Assembly (NCBI RefSeq): GCF_001194135.2
Contig: NC_069002.1
Span: 37,323,073-37,387,072, forward strand
Reading direction: 5' to 3'
Length of the DNA stretch: 64,000 nucleotides
From: Octopus bimaculoides
Taxonomy: Eukaryota
The stretch's first letter is position 1. Each line of letters starts with the position of its first letter. Of this stretch, positions 60,514-64,000 are shown piece by piece. Under the pieces are notes generated by a model. The model did no database searches, had not been told where the DNA came from, and saw nothing but the letters and a program-made list of their open reading frames with translations. The translations under genes and the position numbers were made by a program.

Positions 60514-60555
60514 AGATCATGGAACTAAAACCAATTGGTTTTAGTTCCATGATCT
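60514..60555. repeat. Perfect 42-bp palindrome AGATCATGGAACTAAAACCAA|TTGGTTTTAGTTCCATGATCT
   Basis: Checked base by base; no spacer. Confidence 0.95.
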
Positions 60556-61129
60556 GGTTTTTGACATGCATAATGAAAATGCAGACACGTTTCAGTATTG
60601 TTAAACTTTCGCAGTGAAAAGTTCAGGTATTGTCTATATTTCGCTGAGGAGCTCTAATAAGCCTGAAACATGTCAGTATCCGCCACCATTCTTGCCAAAG
60701 TTAATGTAGACATATTTAATATAGTGAGCATCAAAAATCTAATCGGAAATATTTATGGAGTGAAGAAAAGGCGACATTAGTTTTTCACTTTCTCCCTCCG
60801 GACTCAGAAGCCCTAAAAATGGTCATAGGTGCAGCCTTCCTTTTATGACTAAGCCATTAAAAAAAAAAGATCTTTTCTCCTTTGATAGATTCAGCCATCA
60901 GCTACCACAGAATCTTATTTATATGTATTTGTCGCATTAGTGTGTCAGATGAAATAAATATTTATAAATTTAATTACATTACACAATTAAACGGATTAAA
61001 AATACTCAAATGAGCACAAAATTATCTTTATAAAATAAAATTGATAAAATACTTTTTTAATTAACATCTCGAAACAGAAGTAATTGTTTATCAAGGTGCG
61101 TTATTTCATTTTTTTCTGAAGTCGAGAAT

Positions 61130-62330
61130 CCATAGAAAAAAACAAAAGAGAGAAAGAAAGAAGGATTGTTATGTCACGCTATTTGAGGCTGATCGATCAC
61201 CCTTTCTCTTGAAAAGGCTATCATGAAATAGTGAGTAGCTGCTGAGAATGCAGATAAAGAGTGGGAGAAGATAAAAAGATGTAAAAACGAGTGAAGGAAA
61301 AGGAAGGTTAAAAAACTCGGAGATAAAGAAAGAGATTTGGCAGAACGGGGTTAAAAAAGGAAATATTAAGGTCTTGTGAGATATTGAGAGAGAGAGAGAG
61401 AGACTAATGTAGAGTATGTTGGAGAGATCGCGATTAGCAGTATGAGGAGAAAGAAGGGTTAAAAGGAAAGAGTTTTAAAAAAGGAGAAAGGAGGATTTAA
61501 GAAGATATGGAAAAAGGAGGAGGAAGAATTTAATAAGAAAAACAGAAAGGGAATATAAGAAAAAGGAGTGAACGAGTTAAATAAAAGAATAGTTGTCAGA
61601 TGAGAATGAGCAAGGGAGAGAAAGAGAGAGAAAAGTTAAAAAAAAACAGGACGAGTTGTTAGATAAAAACATGGAGAGTAAACAATTAAAAACGAAAGGT
61701 GTGAAATTCATAAGAGAGGAGGTGTTTAAAGAAAGGAGGGAAGATTGCTTTTTGATAGAAAGAGCTAATGTTATTGTTTTGTCCTAAGTCGACCTGAACG
61801 AACAGGTTTTGATTTGGGATTTCCAACAAATATCATGTTTTCTTTTCTAGACCAAAATATTGAACGTATCCTTCCCTTTTAAGGCAACAGGGTGTGATCT
61901 GAGGATGATTTTTTTATTGGCATTTCTAGGAGGTTAGGCGACCACACAACGAATCCTACCATTACAATGAAAGGTATGACGAAGATAAGAAATCGTATAA
62001 ACAAGAAAAGAGGATACATTAGAAGAGAGAAAGAGTAAGTACGAGAGGAAGAAGCATTGGAGAGAAAGAAGCTATATTGAAAGAAAATGATAATGCACTT
62101 GTGTGTGCATAAAGGAGAAAAGATTTCAAGCGGAACAGGAGTGGAAGAAAGAGTGAGATTAAAGAGAGTTGGGGGAAAGCGATAAAATGAAAAAAAGCGA
62201 GAGTGAGGAAGAACTGTTCCTAAGCAGAGGAGTAGTGGGAGGAAGAGTAGGAGTAAGGTACAGTAAAGAGAGAGAGAGTGTGTGTGTAAAGAAAAAGGAA
62301 AAGAGGGAACAGGTTTGAGAGAGAGGGTGG
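61130..62330 (+). repeat. About 1.2-kb low-complexity polypurine (G/A-rich) tract
   Basis: Plus strand is overwhelmingly A/G with no periodic unit. Confidence 0.85.
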
Positions 62331-63914
62331 CAGCTCAGTTTTAATCTTGATTAAATCGGAAATCAGCCCAGTTTGCAAAATGTCAACAATTGCGACCACT
62401 CTTGCTGTGGTTGGCTTCACAACAAACGTTTGAAACGAAGGAAAAGCCACCAACCATTTCTACCTTTCCTTGCTCTACACAAAAGAAAAACAATCTAAAT
62501 ATTACATCAGGGATCTTTACATACCTAGCAGTTCAGTTATTTCTCTGCTTCACTTATTTTTTCAGCTTGCCCACCCGGACTATTTGTTCTATGAAAAAAT
62601 AAATCATACTATTATTTGATGTTCGAACCCCGATCGTGGGGTTTAATCATACCGTCAGTCATAATAAATGATTTGTTTAAATTAATTACCTGTGCGAGAG
62701 AAAATAAAATATTTTCGAAACCACCTGAAAGGCAATTCTTACTTTAATTGGGACCATTCAACCGCTTCGCCTTATTTTCATTAAATATATTTTTATCAAC
62801 ATTACCCACCAAAAAGTATAATTGAACGTTGTTGTTGTTCCTGTTATACTTTACTATTATAAATCGCTAACTTTACTACAGAAGCAACAAGGAAATCGTT
62901 TAAAAAAATCTACCAAATTGTTTTCTATTTCTCAATACGTCTGTCTATCTACCACTCAATATATTTAATTGATATAAAAGTCGGAAATTATACCAAGGTA
63001 AGTGCTAAACCCCTTCTGTATCAGTCTTATTTCATTGCAGTTTAAGAAATTTATAAAATTGCTCAATATATATTAGATATTGTTTTAAAAAATTAATCAG
63101 CGATGTGATTTTATGATTTTGTTTTATTTCTGCACCGTTGTTAAACTAGTTGCTTATCTCACTTTGATACAGATCAAATGCTTGCCAACTATGACCATCT
63201 CATCGATTTTTATTTTCAAGTAATCTCTTCCTCAGACTACAATAGCCAACATGTCTTATTCTTTTTATGGGCAGTTTACCTGCTATCGATAGCAGGTCGA
63301 GTAGTCACGTAGGGAAAGGACGGCTCTGATTGAGCAAACCGATGAGGTCATATGATTAGAGACATTCCAGCGATGACCTTCCTGTCATACAATTGGTAGG
63401 ACATTGTTTAATGTATCCCTTTTTTTAAGACACAAGGGTGATGCAATTTGAGGGATTTTTGCCTGCAATTTCTAGCTGATTGAACGACCACCTAGACTCT
63501 AGGTCCCAGAGGCTTCCTCGTTGACTCATTAACTTAGTTTCCGTCCTGCTCGGTTGGTCAAAGAAACGAGAGTAGAAATATATTCTTGGTTGATGGTTTG
63601 TTTCATCGGTTCAGCAGAGGTGCCAACACCCAGCCTTCACCAGAAGGACCATATATGACAAAAAGAAGGAAAAAAACCCTATTAAATATAAGCCCCGTCC
63701 CAAAGGGTTAGCAATAGGACGGGGTGACCTTATCACTTTGTTTTTGTTATTTGAAAACATTTTGTTCGCTAAATAAAAAAAAACTAAAAAAAACTCGGTG
63801 TGTGTGCATATCAAAAGCGGAAGGAAATCCGTACAGATGTGTTGTGATAAGATGGGATTTTCTGTTATAGTGAAGGTGTGGTTCGCGTGTGTGTGTGTGC
63901 ATATATAGATATAT

Positions 63915-64000
<86 letters not shown>

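Overview
Eukaryotic, AT-rich, repeat-dense genomic DNA with scaffold gaps. The SINE, RTE and microsatellite landscape suggests an octopus or other coleoid cephalopod (inference). Most of the window (5655-58554, minus strand) is one gene, Integrator complex subunit 1 (INTS1). I reconstructed 46 coding exons by hand; all introns are GT-AG and all phases are consistent, giving a 6489-nt CDS (2162 aa plus stop) collinear with human INTS1 as I remember it. The introns hold tRNA-derived SINEs of several families, RTE LINE fragments, a Penelope-like element, mariner/Tc1 relics and a probable Sola-type transposase relic. The window opens with a 3.1-kb 24-bp minisatellite. Best hunt results: (1) an apparently intact type I hammerhead ribozyme in INTS1 intron 8, on the transcribed strand, inside a direct-plus-inverted repeat module; (2) a near-perfect 115-bp-stem inverted duplication in intron 41; (3) a Penelope insertion that seems to supply the 3' splice site of exon 33. 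Exon coordinates were counted by hand; repeat boundaries are approximate.
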